A DNA stretch of 63,973 bases, counting the filler, from Basidioascus undulatus (taxonomy: Eukaryota), in assembly GCA_000826855.1 (NCBI GenBank). It is 4 parts of 4 records of this genome, joined end to end, with 100 filler letters (N's around TTAATTAATTAA, not from the genome) between each part and the next. Parts side by side here need not be neighbours in the genome. Positions count along the whole stretch, not along the records: positions 32,591 to 48,736 come from JTLS01000603.1; 3 more parts are not named here. One strand, given 5' to 3'. How positions within the stretch are numbered: position 1 is the first letter of the stretch; every line of letters begins with the position of its first letter. Below, piece by piece: positions 36,350 to 48,836 of this stretch. A program made the translations under genes and the position numbers. Below the pieces are notes generated by a model, which was not told where the DNA came from, searched no databases, and was given only the letters and a program-made list of their open reading frames with translations.

Positions 36350-38250
36350 AAGATAGCCTAATGATTTTGGAGTGGGCAAGGGAGAGATGGCGGTCGACTT
36401 TGGCAAGCCTTCTGTGGAAGGGGCAACACAGCTGCTTCAGGCAAGGACAAATTTGGGGGTACAGATGCACTGAGCTTATAAATCCAGAGAATTCTGAATG
36501 CATAAATTTGAGATTGACATCCCCCTGTGCAAGCTGCTTGACAGGCCACGGAATGGCCGCTTGCAGCGTGCACGATCAAGTTGCGGTGACTCCCTGCAGC
36601 GTCGCCGCATGCATTTCATCAATAAACGTCCACCAACTCGCACTTCAATTCTTGTCCCCATCTCTTTTCGCATATATATTACCCATCCCTCTCACCTTCT
36701 CCCCATCCCTCCATATTCCCGCCGCCATCTCCTCCACTTGCCTTGTGCCTCAATCTGAAAGGCCTCTACACCCAACCATCACCTTCTCCACCCCCCAACC
36801 TCCCACCTCTCCTCCCCAGCGCAACATGCCCTCCTGTCCGGGGGTAGACTACCCACAGCCAAGAGGCAGCGGCCCTCCTTCTCGCCTGGACCCATCAGTT
36901 AGCGGCAGAGGTCCACATGTGGGCCCAGGGAGCAGCTGAGGGGGTTGTGATACGTGAGGGAGTACGGGAGTGGGGAGTGCGGGGGGGTGCTGGAAGAGGC
37001 CTTGGCGGCATCAGAGATGGGAATGGGAGCATTTGGAAGTAGATGAGGGATGTCGAGGTGGGGAGCATAACAGGGTGGACGATGTGAAGTACCGATCCAC
37101 TGCGGTCGTCAACAGGGCATGGCTGGCCATAGATATTATGCTGGTGGTAGGAGTGTTGGAAGTTTATTTTCACTAGTAATATATTAGGATCTCAGGTACC
37201 TGTCTGTATACGTATGTTTGAGTGAAGCCTGCCGCAAGCGCCGCCGGAGATATGAGCCCGCTGTAGGCGCGGTCGCAGGCAAAGGGGGGCTGCGGGGGGT
37301 GCCCCCGCCCGTCATTGCGCTCTGACAATTGTAGAATGTGTCGAAGTACACAACCCACCGAGAGCTATTATGTTATGCCGGTGTTTTGAACTTGCAGGCT
37401 AGAAAGCTTGCCGGAGGCAACAGCCCACTGCAAGCGCTGCCGGAGCCGCCGGAGGCTGGGGGGTTGCGGGGAGACCCTCCGCTTTGATCTCCTTCAACAT
37501 TTGAATAATAACTAAGCTATATAAATTATATTCCTTGAGCTCCCCGTACCTGTGTCTTCACCCCCCTCACACCTTGAGTTATGCAGGTTCAAGGTCAGTA
37601 GCGGCGGCCCTGGAAGCTTCATGCAGACCGGGTGTCTGCTGACGCCTGTCTCGCAGGTGCCTGACAGTGCATAATATTGCGGCTGCGCTTTGGGATTGCT
37701 GGTCTCTGAGGATTCGCGGAGGCGGTCAGCACGGGAGCATTGGGAGTGGAGATGGCTATCTCGCACACTGTTCTTGTTGTTGTTGCAGGCTGCATTGGCT
37801 TATATCGAGCTTATCTCCCCCCGAGGAGGTGCTCTGGCGGAAGGGGATGGGCCCCAACAGCCCCTGCTGAAGGGGAAGGGGAGATGGCAAGCATTGAACC
37901 CGCGCTGCCAGCCTCGCCAGCTTGTCCTGTATTTCTTGATCTCCTCCTCGCCCTCAACCTCCCATCATTCCACCGCGTCCTCGTTCCCAAGCATTTCATC
38001 CATGCAGACCCCAGATAGGTATTTTGTACTTTTTATGTGTAGGATGAAGTTCTCCGCTCTTATTTCGCAACGGTTGGTGTGTAGCGCTTTCATAGCAGCA
38101 TCTCAAGAAACTAACAGAAAATATCGCTGCTATCGGAATGATCTCCTTGCTGGCACAAGCTCATGTCGCTGCAGCCACAGCCAGGCTCAGAGCAGCATCT
38201 TGCGATCGTCTTAAGCTGCGATGATAAAGACGTTACGAATCTATTCAAAA
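36350..38250. mobile_element. Possible transposon relic
   Basis: Compositionally distinct (by eye poorer in CpG, with AT-rich patches) and containing a duplicated GC-rich hairpin motif at 37228-37482. No transposase motif was recognised. Confidence 0.25.
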
Positions 38251-38834
38251 CCCAGATCCAATTTACATACAGATACATAGAATATTGTGAATGTAGCTCA
38301 TGATACCTAGGCCGTTGTCGGGCCACAGAACCTGCGAAGTTTGTCTGCCTGATCGTTCTGGGCAGCGGACATTTGCAATCCTCCAGTGTACCGTGCTTTC
38401 TTTGAGTTGAATATCAATTGGATCTGTCGAAATAATGCTGCCAATGACAACAGATAATTTCTGTGAGCGAGGTAGCCACACAAAGAGCGTTGCTGTATTG
38501 CCGGCTGCCAATGGGGCCGCAGGCAGCCTCGAGGTCGGACTTCTCTTTCTTCACCCGCATGGCCCACATGAACTTCTTGGTCCTGTTCGTCGAAACTCTT
38601 GATCGTCCACATTTTGATATTCCGACCCCGCAAAGGTACCTTCCGCTACAGCCAGGCACAGCGAGCACAACCGCAACGTGGACGTGCCTGGCGTGCCGCA
38701 GGACACCTTGGCTTTCTTGGCCTGCCCTCTCGCCTGCCTGGCCGAGCATACAATCATTTCCGTGGAGTCGCCGGACAAGATATGAGAGACGCATTCTAAA
38801 TTAAAGCATTCTCCGCTGGTAGCTTAGGCTCGAG

Positions 38835-38851
38835 AACGTGCACAGAACGTG
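38835..38851. promoter_or_regulatory. Two tandem CACGTT (Pho4-type E-box variant) sites upstream of the phosphate symporter
   Basis: gagAACGTGcacagAACGTGcag, about 140 nt upstream of the ATG at 38986. Confidence 0.5.
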
Positions 38852-38985
38852 CAGAGGTCAGTGGAAGCACCCATAAAGGTCGAGCGATGGACAGCTGCAG
38901 GGCTTTTTCACTCGTCTCTCACGGTGACGGCCGCTTGAATCCCTTATCTCTCTAACCACCGCCCAAGAGCGGACTAGTAGTGAAG

Positions 38986-41657
38986 ATGGCTCGCTTCGTA
39001 AGTTCCAAACTGGAGAATCCTGGGATAGTGAGCGGTCTGAGACTGCTGAGACGACCGTGTGGCCATGACTGCATGCAGGCACAGTACGACTACCTCTTTG
39101 CGTTCTCGCTCATCTTCGCGTTCTTGGACGCGTACGGTACATCCGCTATTTGATTGAAATTGCTTCGAGGACTTCCTTCTGACTCCATGACCCACAGGTA
39201 TCGGTGCCAACGGTGCGCTTCCGTGCTGAAGGACCCAGCCGACAGTGACAATGACACTGACTGTCCTTCACAGATGTCGCCAACTCCTTCGCTACTTCCG
39301 TCTCTTCGCGCTCCTTGACTTTCCGTCAAGCCATGCTGGCGGCCGCGGTGTGCGAGTTCCTCGGTGCAGTCCTCGTCGGTGCTCGTGTCGCTTGTGAGCA
39401 TCTCGTTCCACATTCTGAAAGCCCAGAGTGCATCTTATGTCATCTCCATTCCGCAGCCACGATCAAGAACGGTATCATCTCCCTCAGCGTCTTCCACAAC
39501 GACCCCGAGGTTCTCCTGCTCGCCTTCACCTGCGCCATCGTCGGCTCTGCCACCTGGCTCACCTTCGCCACCCGCCACGCCATGCCAGTCTCGACGACGC
39601 ACACCACCGTCGGCTCTGTTATCGGTATCGGCATTGCCGCCGGTGGCCCCTCGGCCGTTAAGTGGGGCTGGGATGGTGTTGGTCAGATCTTCGCTTCGGT
39701 ACGTCCACGCTCGCGTTCTGCCAGTCCGCTTGTTTCACGAAGCAGAGTCTGACTGCGGTTGTTGACATTTTCACAGTGGGGTATTGCGCCGTGTATTGCT
39801 GGTGGCTTCGCCTCCATCGTGTACCTCATCACCAAATACGTGGTCCTGCGCTCCAAGAACCCGGTCAAGATGGGTCTTATCACCGCGCCCGTCTACTTCT
39901 TCATCGTCTCTGTAGGTCAATTTTTTTTTGTTTTTTTTTTTTGCCTCAATGGGGTGCCACACCAATCTGACGCCTTCTGCTTCCAACAGGCTATTCTTAC
40001 CATGTCGATCCTGTGGAAGGGCTCGCCATCGCTCAACCTCGACGAGCTGCCCACGAGCACGCTGGTCGCTGCCATCATCGGCACTGGCGCTGTCATCGCC
40101 GCACTCTCCATCCTTTTCTGGTGAGGCGCCGCCGTCTGTTGTCTCGTGTGAACATTGCAGACTAACAGCTCGCACCAACTTCCCAGGCTTCCCTATGTCT
40201 ACTGCCACGTGGTTCGGGGCGACTACACTGTCAAGTGGTACCACTTCTTCCTCGGCCCGCTGCTCTGGCGCCGCACTCCCCCTGCCGACGCGTCCGCGTT
40301 CACCGCCGACCGCGCTGTCCCGGACTACTAGTACGTCCATCTTTGTCTAGGGTGATTCTTTCGTTGAAGTAGAGTTGCTCACCCCCGATCCCTGCAGCGC
40401 CGGCCACCGCGAGGAGGACCACGTCCCGGCCACCGTCGCCTCCGACGACATTGAGGCTCGTGCCAACGACAAGACCCCCGGCGAGACCGACGAGCTTTCC
40501 CAGAAGGGCTCTTCCGAGTCTCCCGCGACCAAGGTTCCCCACCCGTCCAAGCTCGCTGCGGAGGTTGAGAACAACGACCTCGCTGGCCGCCCGCCTCCTC
40601 CTAACTAGTATGTCGCATTGGTTTTTCTGACATTCCGGCTTGCCTCTGACTTTGCTCGCTGCAGCCGCACGTTTGACGGCTCGTGGATGGAGCCCTGGAA
40701 CATGTACACTGTCCTGCGCTACAACGCCCTCCCCTGGGCCTGGTACTGCCTCTCGGCCGGCCTCCGCACCGACATTCACAAGATGCAGATGTCCGGCACG
40801 GACAAGGAGCAGGAGCGCATCAAGGCCATCCACTCTCGCGCGGCTCAGTACGACAACGTGGGTAGTCTTCTATTCTCTTCTGTGTCACAGTAGCTGACAG
40901 ACCCGTTCTGGGAGCACTGCAGAAAGTGGAGCACCTCTTCTCGTTCATGCAGGTCATGACTGCTTGCACGGCGTCTTTCGCGCACGGCGCCAACGTAAGC
41001 TCCTTTCCACTGGCTGGCACGAGGATCGGCAGCTGATCAGCAGCTGACCGGCTCCTGAATTTCTATAGGACGTCTCCAACGCCATCGGCCCTCTTTCCGT
41101 AGTTTACGGCGTGTGGTCTACGTCCGAGTTCCCGAGCTCCAAAGCGTCTGTCCCCATCTGGATTCTCGTCTTCGGTGGTGCGGCCATCGGTGCGTCCTCA
41201 TTCCACAACCTTCCGCCTACTATCTGATATTTCCCCTAACTTGGCTGTCTTTACCTTCACAGTTATCGGGCTGGGTACTTACGGTTGGCGCCTGATGTCC
41301 GTGCTCGGCAACCGCCTCACTCTCCACTCCCCGTCCCGTGGCTTCTCCATGGAGCTTGGCGCGTCCATCACCGTCGTCCTCGCTTCCCAGCTCTCGATCC
41401 CGGTCTCGTCCACCCAGTCCATCACTGGTGCGACTGTCGCCGTCGCGCTTTGCAACGGTGACTGGCGCGCCATGAACTGGAAGATGCTCTGCTGGATCTT
41501 CTTCTCGTGCGTCGATTATCCCTATCTTCCTTTGTGCCTTGACTTGCTCGGCTGACCCTCATTCCCCCAACACAGCTGGTGCCTCACTCTCCCCATTGCG
41601 GGCACGATCTCGGGCTGCTTGCTCGGCATCATCCTCAACGCACCCCGCTGGTCTTGA
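38986..41657 (+). CDS. PHO89: PiT-family Na+/phosphate symporter (Pho89/PHO-4 type), multi-exon
   Basis: QYDYLFAFSLIFAFLDAYGIGANDVANSFATSVSSRSLT, PVSTTHTTVGSVIG, FAHGANDVSNAIGP, LTLHSPSRGFSMELG and PVSSTQSITGA. TGA at 41655-41657. Confidence 0.95.
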
Positions 41658-41899
41658 GCTTTAGCTGGACGCGGATGAAACTTTTAGAGGCCTTGCGGCC
41701 CTTCCCTCGCTCTCTCAAAACAGGCTTGGACCACTCTATTCTAGTGCAGTCAAATTATATGCAGCTCGCTCGATGCGTTCACTTTAGGAGACACCTGTAT
41801 ATCGTGTGTCCTTCAGGAAAAAGGGTCAGCTTGTTCCCGCATCCAAGGACTTCCGAAACTGCAAGACAGATATTATTTACAGTGGTGACATTTGTATTG

Positions 41900-43908
41900 G
41901 GTTCAGGATTTCCGACAGCATCATACTGTCAGCTGAGACAAGCAGGATGCGCTTCACAGAGGCTGCGATGTTCTCTGGACCAAGGAAAGAAGAGTGCTCA
42001 CCTTGGGGGTTGATGAAGGGAATGTAAATGTCATAACACAAGCAACGAACTCACGGCGATGTGGGTTTGAAAATCTCTCATCAGCGGCTTGAAAATCTCA
42101 CTTAGGACACTCCAGACTTACTGCTCGTCACCACAAGGAACAAAATGAGAAGCATGAGGCTTCCGCCAGCTTTGCTGATTACTCCTGCAGTGGCAGCGGG
42201 ACCGGGTAGCCCAGCAGACACGTCGCTCGCCGAGAGTACCTTCATTTCCGGGTCGCCTTGCAATGCCACAGCGGAAAGGCGCAGGCAAGTAGCGAAAGCC
42301 AGGGGGATCAGCGTCCACCTGAGCGGTCGTAGACGGAAGTCAACACAGACGTTTGTCCTGTTTAGACGAAGGAGATACTTACGCAAGACCACCCAGCAGC
42401 AAGTGCTTTCACGGTGGTAGAAGGCTTAGACGCAACCGCGCGTTGCCAGTAACTCTGATCTTGAAAGACACTGCGAAAGAGCCCACTCAGCGGCGAATGT
42501 CGCCTACGAACAATGAGATTGCGTACGTCGGAAAGTTGCCGACTGCGTAACACAGAAGGATAATTGAGTATTGAAGGCTATCAGCACTGAACTAGGAGAT
42601 AAAACGCACTGATCTTCATGACACCGAAAATGAGGCCGTTCTTCGAGCGCATCGTCACGTAGCTTCCTTCCGCGTTCCCATCGACAGGCATCGTTGCAGC
42701 CGCCGTTTGCAACAGCTCCCACGTTCGTGCGGGCTCCCAATCTTGTCCGAGGTGGTGTATCTATAAAAATGTGACCGTAAGCTTCCAGCATACCCATTAG
42801 CGCTCCAAGGAAGGAAGCCTACGCGACGAAAAGGAAGGTGAAATAACGCTGTAAAGGACGAGCGAGTGCGTGTAATCGCACAAAAGGGCAACGTGAATAC
42901 CCCCCATCAAAACATAGATTGCGGTTCCAATCGCTGCCTTCAAGGATACTCAGTCAGTTTAAACCCCCTCGATCGGGTTGTCGATGCGAGGCAACAAGAC
43001 GGACGTGTCAAGACGCAAGCTGCCAAGGTGTGCATGCCTGTGAGGTCGTGCACCGTCGCTAAGCCACCTCTGCAAACAAAGTCTAGGTCAGCTCTGAGAC
43101 GCTCCCTCTTCAACACGTCGAACGTACGGGATAAGCATGGCTGCGCAAAGAGCCCGTCAGTGCTGGTACCATGGTTCTGAACGCGATGCTCCCTACACGA
43201 GATTATGCAGTTCGTTGCAAGACCGAAGAAAAGAAAAATGAGGTGTCCAGCGCGACTTCAGCGGACCCTATGATCTCGATGAAACTGCATCGTAGCAAAC
43301 CACCAGATCTTCGTTAGACATTGCAGGGGGGTGACAGGCCTGTATCCGCCGACACTGGCCTACGTGTGGGCATAGGGAGAGTTCTTCTCCAGCTTCGACG
43401 CAATCATCTATGGAAAGGGCGGCTGGTAAGACAAGTGTAAGAGTAAGCCAGAAAGGAAGCTCGTGGCTCACGGCGAACAGCAGGACTGAAAGACACAGAG
43501 TACGCGATCAGCACCGGTCTTTACTCTGCAACGCTCGTGCTCACCTTGAATAGTAGCTCCAGCGTCATAGAAGTACCTCCCGCTAATACCGAACTGGCAT
43601 GCCTTGGAGGACGATGTGAGAAGCGTTGCTGCCCAGGTCCAGGCCGACACAATGCCGTCTCGCGATGAGATCCGGGTTAACCGACCTTGAGGCCTTCAAA
43701 AGGGGTCAAGTAATAGCTCATGCGAGAGCTTCCGCCTATGATATGATATTTGACAGACCGAGCTGAAGTCCTCTGAAGATTGATGAGCCCCCGCGTACCG
43801 CTGCTGAGGCTTGGTGATTGTAGTCATGACCACGGTGAGCGTGAGGCCAACGCCTAGCACCACTCCGTACCCTGCACCATAGGGCAGGATGGTATATGCG
43901 TCAGACAT
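41900..43908 (-). pseudogene. DUR3: Urea active transporter (sodium:solute symporter family) pseudogene
   Basis: [55 protein letters not shown] and LSASDVSAGLPGPAA are interrupted by frameshifts and stops. The C-terminal part was not recognisable. Confidence 0.85.
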
Positions 43909-44894
43909 GGGTGGGGGTGTGTGGGGCGCTGTAAAGTTTGTAATGTGGTTTGTAGCAAGTCGTAGAGTGTACGGGAAGAGGAGAGGACGTTCCTGGATCT
44001 TGGAGCCAGTGTGCCTTACACGACGAGCGTGCAATCGCACTCGATTCCAAACCTCCAATGACAATCCACGTCTCCTGCTGCCAAGCGCAATTCTGAAATC
44101 CAAGAAGGCAAGCGGTCGGGAGGCAAGTAAAGCCGCTGGAGCGTATGTCCGTAGATAAGGTGAAGCGACGGTAAGCCAATGGCAGTCGCGCGCAGTGGGT
44201 GAGACACTGTCACCTTCCAAGCTCCCACTCTGCCTTTGTGCGCTCCGATAATTCCAGGACTCATCATTAATGGATTTACCATCAGTATGCCAGACCTAGC
44301 CGGGCTCGGCTTCCCTTCCACATGCGACCGAAGGCGGTGCTATTTGTTCTTTTTGATGTCCCATGTGCGATCAGGTTCTGATCAATCCGCTGTTTGGAAA
44401 GCAAAGGAAAATACACTATTCGTCTGCACTTACAGCCTGGGGCACAGAACATGAGGACGTGCTGTCTCATAGCAACAGCTCAGACTGCGCTCTTCAGTTC
44501 TCCCATTCGACGACTCGCCGGACGACAATGGGGAGAGCGCCTTTGCTGCCGATATCCAGGTTGAGCTCTATTTGACAATGTATGAGATTGGAAGGTGACG
44601 ACAGTGAGCATTCAAATTTGAGCCTGCGGCAGAAGTCCATGGCTCCATCGAGGATGAGCCAGGTCTAACAGACCTCCCAGCCTCTCGCGACTCACGTTCT
44701 GGACATTTAGCTTTCCATCCATGCTCTATCTTCCCAGCCGTGGTCAGTCACCCATACGTGCATGGCGCAACGCATAGACGTGCAAAGAAGCATGCAAAGA
44801 ATCAAAAGGTATCATGCAAATGTCGCAGTCCCAAAGGCAGCCCATCCACCAACAGTCCTCCACCCATCTCCCCCCCGCCCCACTGACACCCACT

Positions 44895-47700
44895 CTAATA
44901 AAGCAGATCCGCGTCCCCGTTCGTCCTGCTCGCCGTCGCAGGTGCCGGGGCAGGGGCGTCGGCGGTGTACCCGCCCGCGAAGACTTCTCCGAGCTGGGCA
45001 TAGACGTTGTCGCCCGCCCCCGCGCTGTCCTGCAGCAGCTGCAGCTGCTGTGGCGCGTCTTGCGGCTGGGTGAGATCGGGCACCGGCTGCGGCTGCTGCG
45101 AGGGCGGTAGCGCGACGGCCGCGGGGACGGGCTGCGTAGGGAGAGGCGGCGGCGCCGAGGAGCGCGAGACGGCGAAAGCGACTGCGCGGCGCGTGGAGGG
45201 GTCGAGTGCGGGCGAGTCGGGAAGGAAGCGGGGCTTGGTGCCGCGGACTGACCAGTTAAAGTGCGTTAGTCCAAGGGTGGCAGACGTGCGCTGCCGATGG
45301 GTCAGGATGGACGCACTGAAAGTCGACGGCTGCTTGTGGTATATAGACGAGAGGGTACCGGCTGTTGCGCCATACGCAGCACCACCGTGTCAGCCAAGCC
45401 CTCGCCACACGCTGCGACACCGCGCCACGCACTGTTGAGCAAGAGCGAGTCCAGCAGAGAGCGGTCCATCCTGTCCGTCTCGGTCGATATTGGCGGCTTC
45501 TCGGCGAGGACGATGTCGCGCGCGGCGCCGGGGTCGGTCGAGAGCAGGCGCCAGTAGATGAACCCGCGGTCGCGCAGGTCCGGGTTGTCGACTTCCTCCG
45601 TCGCCCACTTGAGCACCTTGGGCACGAGCTCCTGCCCCGCCGACGGGCGCTTGATGAACAGCTTGACCGTTGCCGTCAGGAGCGCGAGTTGGACCTGTGC
45701 GTCGGTCACAAAGGCAGAAGCTTTCGGGTGAGTGCTTGTTTCTGAGACACAAGGCAGGAAGCGAAAACGGCGCACCTCGACCGGCTCCTCCAAGAACGAG
45801 AACAAGAAGTCCTCGAGGAGCTCGTCCGAGTTCTCGATGCGATCCGCGTACTGGCCGATGATCCAGATCATGGCCGCCTTCGCCTCGGGCTCGTCCAGAC
45901 TGTCGAGGTTCTCGCAGAGCGTGCCGATGATGGACTCGTACGTGTTCGGGTACCGCCGGAAGATGTCCTTGATAACGACGATCGCCTCCTGCACGACGTA
46001 GTTGACCTTGGTCTGGATGAGCGTGAGCAGTGCCGCGATGCACTTGTCCGCCGCGGAGGCGATCTTGATCGCCAGACGCCCGATCGAGCGTACGGCCTTG
46101 CGGACAAAGTCGACGTCCACCTCCGAGGCGTATCTGAAGTCAAAGTCTCACGCCGTCAGCTTGGAGGCTGCGAGGGAAGGGAGGGAGGAGCGAGAAAACG
46201 GACTCGGTCAGCTCGGCCAGGACCTGCTCGACGTTGTCCTCCTTCGCGAGGCGGTACATGATCTCGAGCTTGGCGAGCTTGACGTAGATCAGGTCGCTGT
46301 ACTTGATAAAGAAGATCTTGACCTCGTTCTGGAGGACGATGGGCCGTCGCTGGATGATGAGCAGGATGTTGCGGAGCGCGACGTATTGGACCTCGGGGCC
46401 GGAGGAGAGGAGGGTGACTGCTCGAAGCAGCGCTGTCAGATCAAACGCCTAGGTCTAGACCAAACGGTGGTGGTTCTTCTGGACACACCGAGAGGAGGGG
46501 AGAGCTTGCGGCAAAAGCCATCGATCACGTCCTGATCAGATATGTAGTTCATGAGGTAGAGCATGATCTTGCACGTCGTGAGCACGACGGCCGAGTTGGC
46601 GTGCTGTAGCCGGATCGCTATCCGGTCCGCGAGGATCTCGGCGTCTGTCGATTCTTGCGGGACGAAGTGAAGCAGCGAGTCGAGGATGTAGATTTGGCCC
46701 CATCTGAGAGAATTGACCGGAGTTGGCGAAGCGGAGAAGATGGAACAAAGGGAGGAGCACGCACTCTGAGCACTCGCTCACGGCGCTGACAAGCTTGCTC
46801 GCGATCGTGAGGTTGAGCTTGAGAGAGATGTTGTCGCTGCGCTCGGCGATCTCGGTGAGGGCCGCGACGGCGTTGGCGACGACGCTGGCGTTGGCGTCGG
46901 CGAGGAGGTCGCGGAGCATGCCGATGAAGCCCTCGCGGTCGACGACGCGCCGGTCGTGCATCCACAGCTTGGCGACGCAGATCGCGGCCGTCTTGCGCAC
47001 ATACGGGTCCTGGTCGCGCAGGCTGTGCCGCAGCGGGTCGAGGATCGAGGAGGTAATGATGGGGAGGGGGATGTATGACATCGTGCGGATCGCCAGCGCA
47101 CGCAGGAGCGGATTCCGGTCGGCGCAGTCCTGCGGGGGAGGGATGGAGAGGGGATGAGGGTGCGTGTGGGAGGGCAGCGGGAGGATAGGCTGGGACGCAC
47201 GGAAAGGAAGGAGGGGATGGCGTGTTGGATGAGGTCAGAGCGGGCACGGCCGTAGTTGATGAGGTAGAGATAGACCACTGGCTCCATTTCCCCGTAAGTG
47301 GCATCCTCAGCTACCACTCAAAAGAAAGACGCACTCTTCTTGATCTCAATATCAGGAATGCCCATGCACTGCAGCACGTCCGGGAACAGCGGCGACACTG
47401 CGCTCTCCCGCACGCATATCAGCCTTACCTCTCCCTTCCTCCAGCCCCACCCCTGATATGTAGAGCCAACGCACTGTCAGACCCCATAGTCATGTTAGCC
47501 ACGATCTTCTTGAGGACGGTCTTGCGGCGGGCGAAGCCCTTGTCCTTCCGGTCGGCCTGCTGGAGCTCGGCCCGGAGCCTGCACGCTCATCTCCCCCGTG
47601 TCAGCGCGCGAGTCCGGCGCTGGGCGCGGGGAGGGACAAAACCGCACTCTTGGATCTTTCCGCGCTGGAAGAAGCGCGCATCTTGGCCTGCGGTGGACAT
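44895..47700 (-). CDS. APL1: AP-2 adaptor complex beta subunit (beta-adaptin)
   Basis: [17 protein letters not shown]...[51 protein letters not shown] and [17 protein letters not shown]. The N-terminus matches the fungal AP-2 beta type as recalled. Confidence 0.92.
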
Positions 47701-48509
47701 GGCCGTGCAGGGAGCGAGCGGGCGTGTGGGCGGGCGGTCAAGGGAAGGCGGGAGGAAGGGGCTCGACGATGCGCTCTCCCGGTCGAGCTACGGCCGATCG
47801 ATGGAATGCGGCTTCCCGAGAGAGTCCTGAAAGAATTTGGACTGAAAAGGGGGACTGATACTCTGTGGAAAGGGTAAGATGCGAGGAGGAGGTGATGAGG
47901 CCAGGGCAGGTCAACGTCCAAGGGTAACGATGGCCAGCTTCAACACGAGCCTCATGCGCGCCTTAGCCCCGCCGGCCGGTTCAGTCTCAACGCCCCGCTG
48001 TGAAGCACTTTCAAGTCCATTCAGCAGGTTTCCAGAGCTCTGATAAATCTTGAACTACAAAATAAATCCAAATTTAAGTGCATCATGCGCCTCCGTAAAC
48101 AATCGGTCAGAACGCACCGAATATGCAGCTGAGATCGACGTCGAGAGTGTGACGTTGACGTGCACGGACTCGCTGCGCTCCCGGCACTTTCGTGTCCTTC
48201 CCGGTCCACCATCTCCCCAGGCGGCCCTCTGCCTGATTCCCTCTCGCTGTGCCATAGGATTCCCATCGAAATAAGCCTAAAGGTGCGTTGTTTCCCATTT
48301 ATTGTTTGCTTTCGGGTAGACTCGGTCTTAGCGCCGGGAGGCTTGTGTGCGTGCGTGGCAGCAGACGCTCATCTCACGACCCTTCTCCCGCCCGTACGAC
48401 CTTCCACGACCGTTCTCTTCTTTTGGCCTTGATCCTGGACAGGTACGCTCTGCACTCCCCCATTACTCCCATCAGTTTCCAGTTGACCTCCCTCTCCCCT
48501 TCCTCAGCC

Positions 48510-48736
48510 ATGTCCGACCAGCCGCCGGTCGCCGCGGCGGCCTCCCTCTTCGGCGAGGCGCCTTCCAACGACTTCTTTGCCTCCACGGACGCGCAGCCCT
48601 CCGAGCCCGCTCCCGAACCTACGTTCGCTCCTGCATCGCAGTCAGAGCAGCAGAAGGAGGCCGCTGAGGAGGCGCCCAAGGAAGAGGCCAAGGAGCAGCC
48701 TCAGGCCGAGGAGGCCGCCGACCTCTTTGGTGGGAC
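48510..48736 (+). CDS. 5' fragment of an acidic low-complexity protein, possibly the Sec16 N-terminus; the remainder is in the gap
   Basis: MSDQPPVAAAASLFGEAPSNDFF...AADLFGG resembles basidiomycete Sec16 N-termini from memory. The ORF runs into the N gap. Confidence 0.4.
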
Positions 48737-48836
48737 NNNNNNNNNNNNNNNNNNNNNNNNNNNNNNNNNNNNNNNNNNNNTTAATTAATTAANNNNNNNN
48801 NNNNNNNNNNNNNNNNNNNNNNNNNNNNNNNNNNNN
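48737..48836. other. Assembly gap with TTAATTAATTAA spacer
   Basis: N run. The flanks appear to belong to different genes, so the true gap is probably much longer than 100 nt. Confidence 0.95.

Noticed and set aside
43909..44700. TPP riboswitch near the solute-symporter relic
   Set aside because: I looked because some fungal symporter genes carry one, but found no CTGAGA...TGAT..GG.TAAT.CC core.
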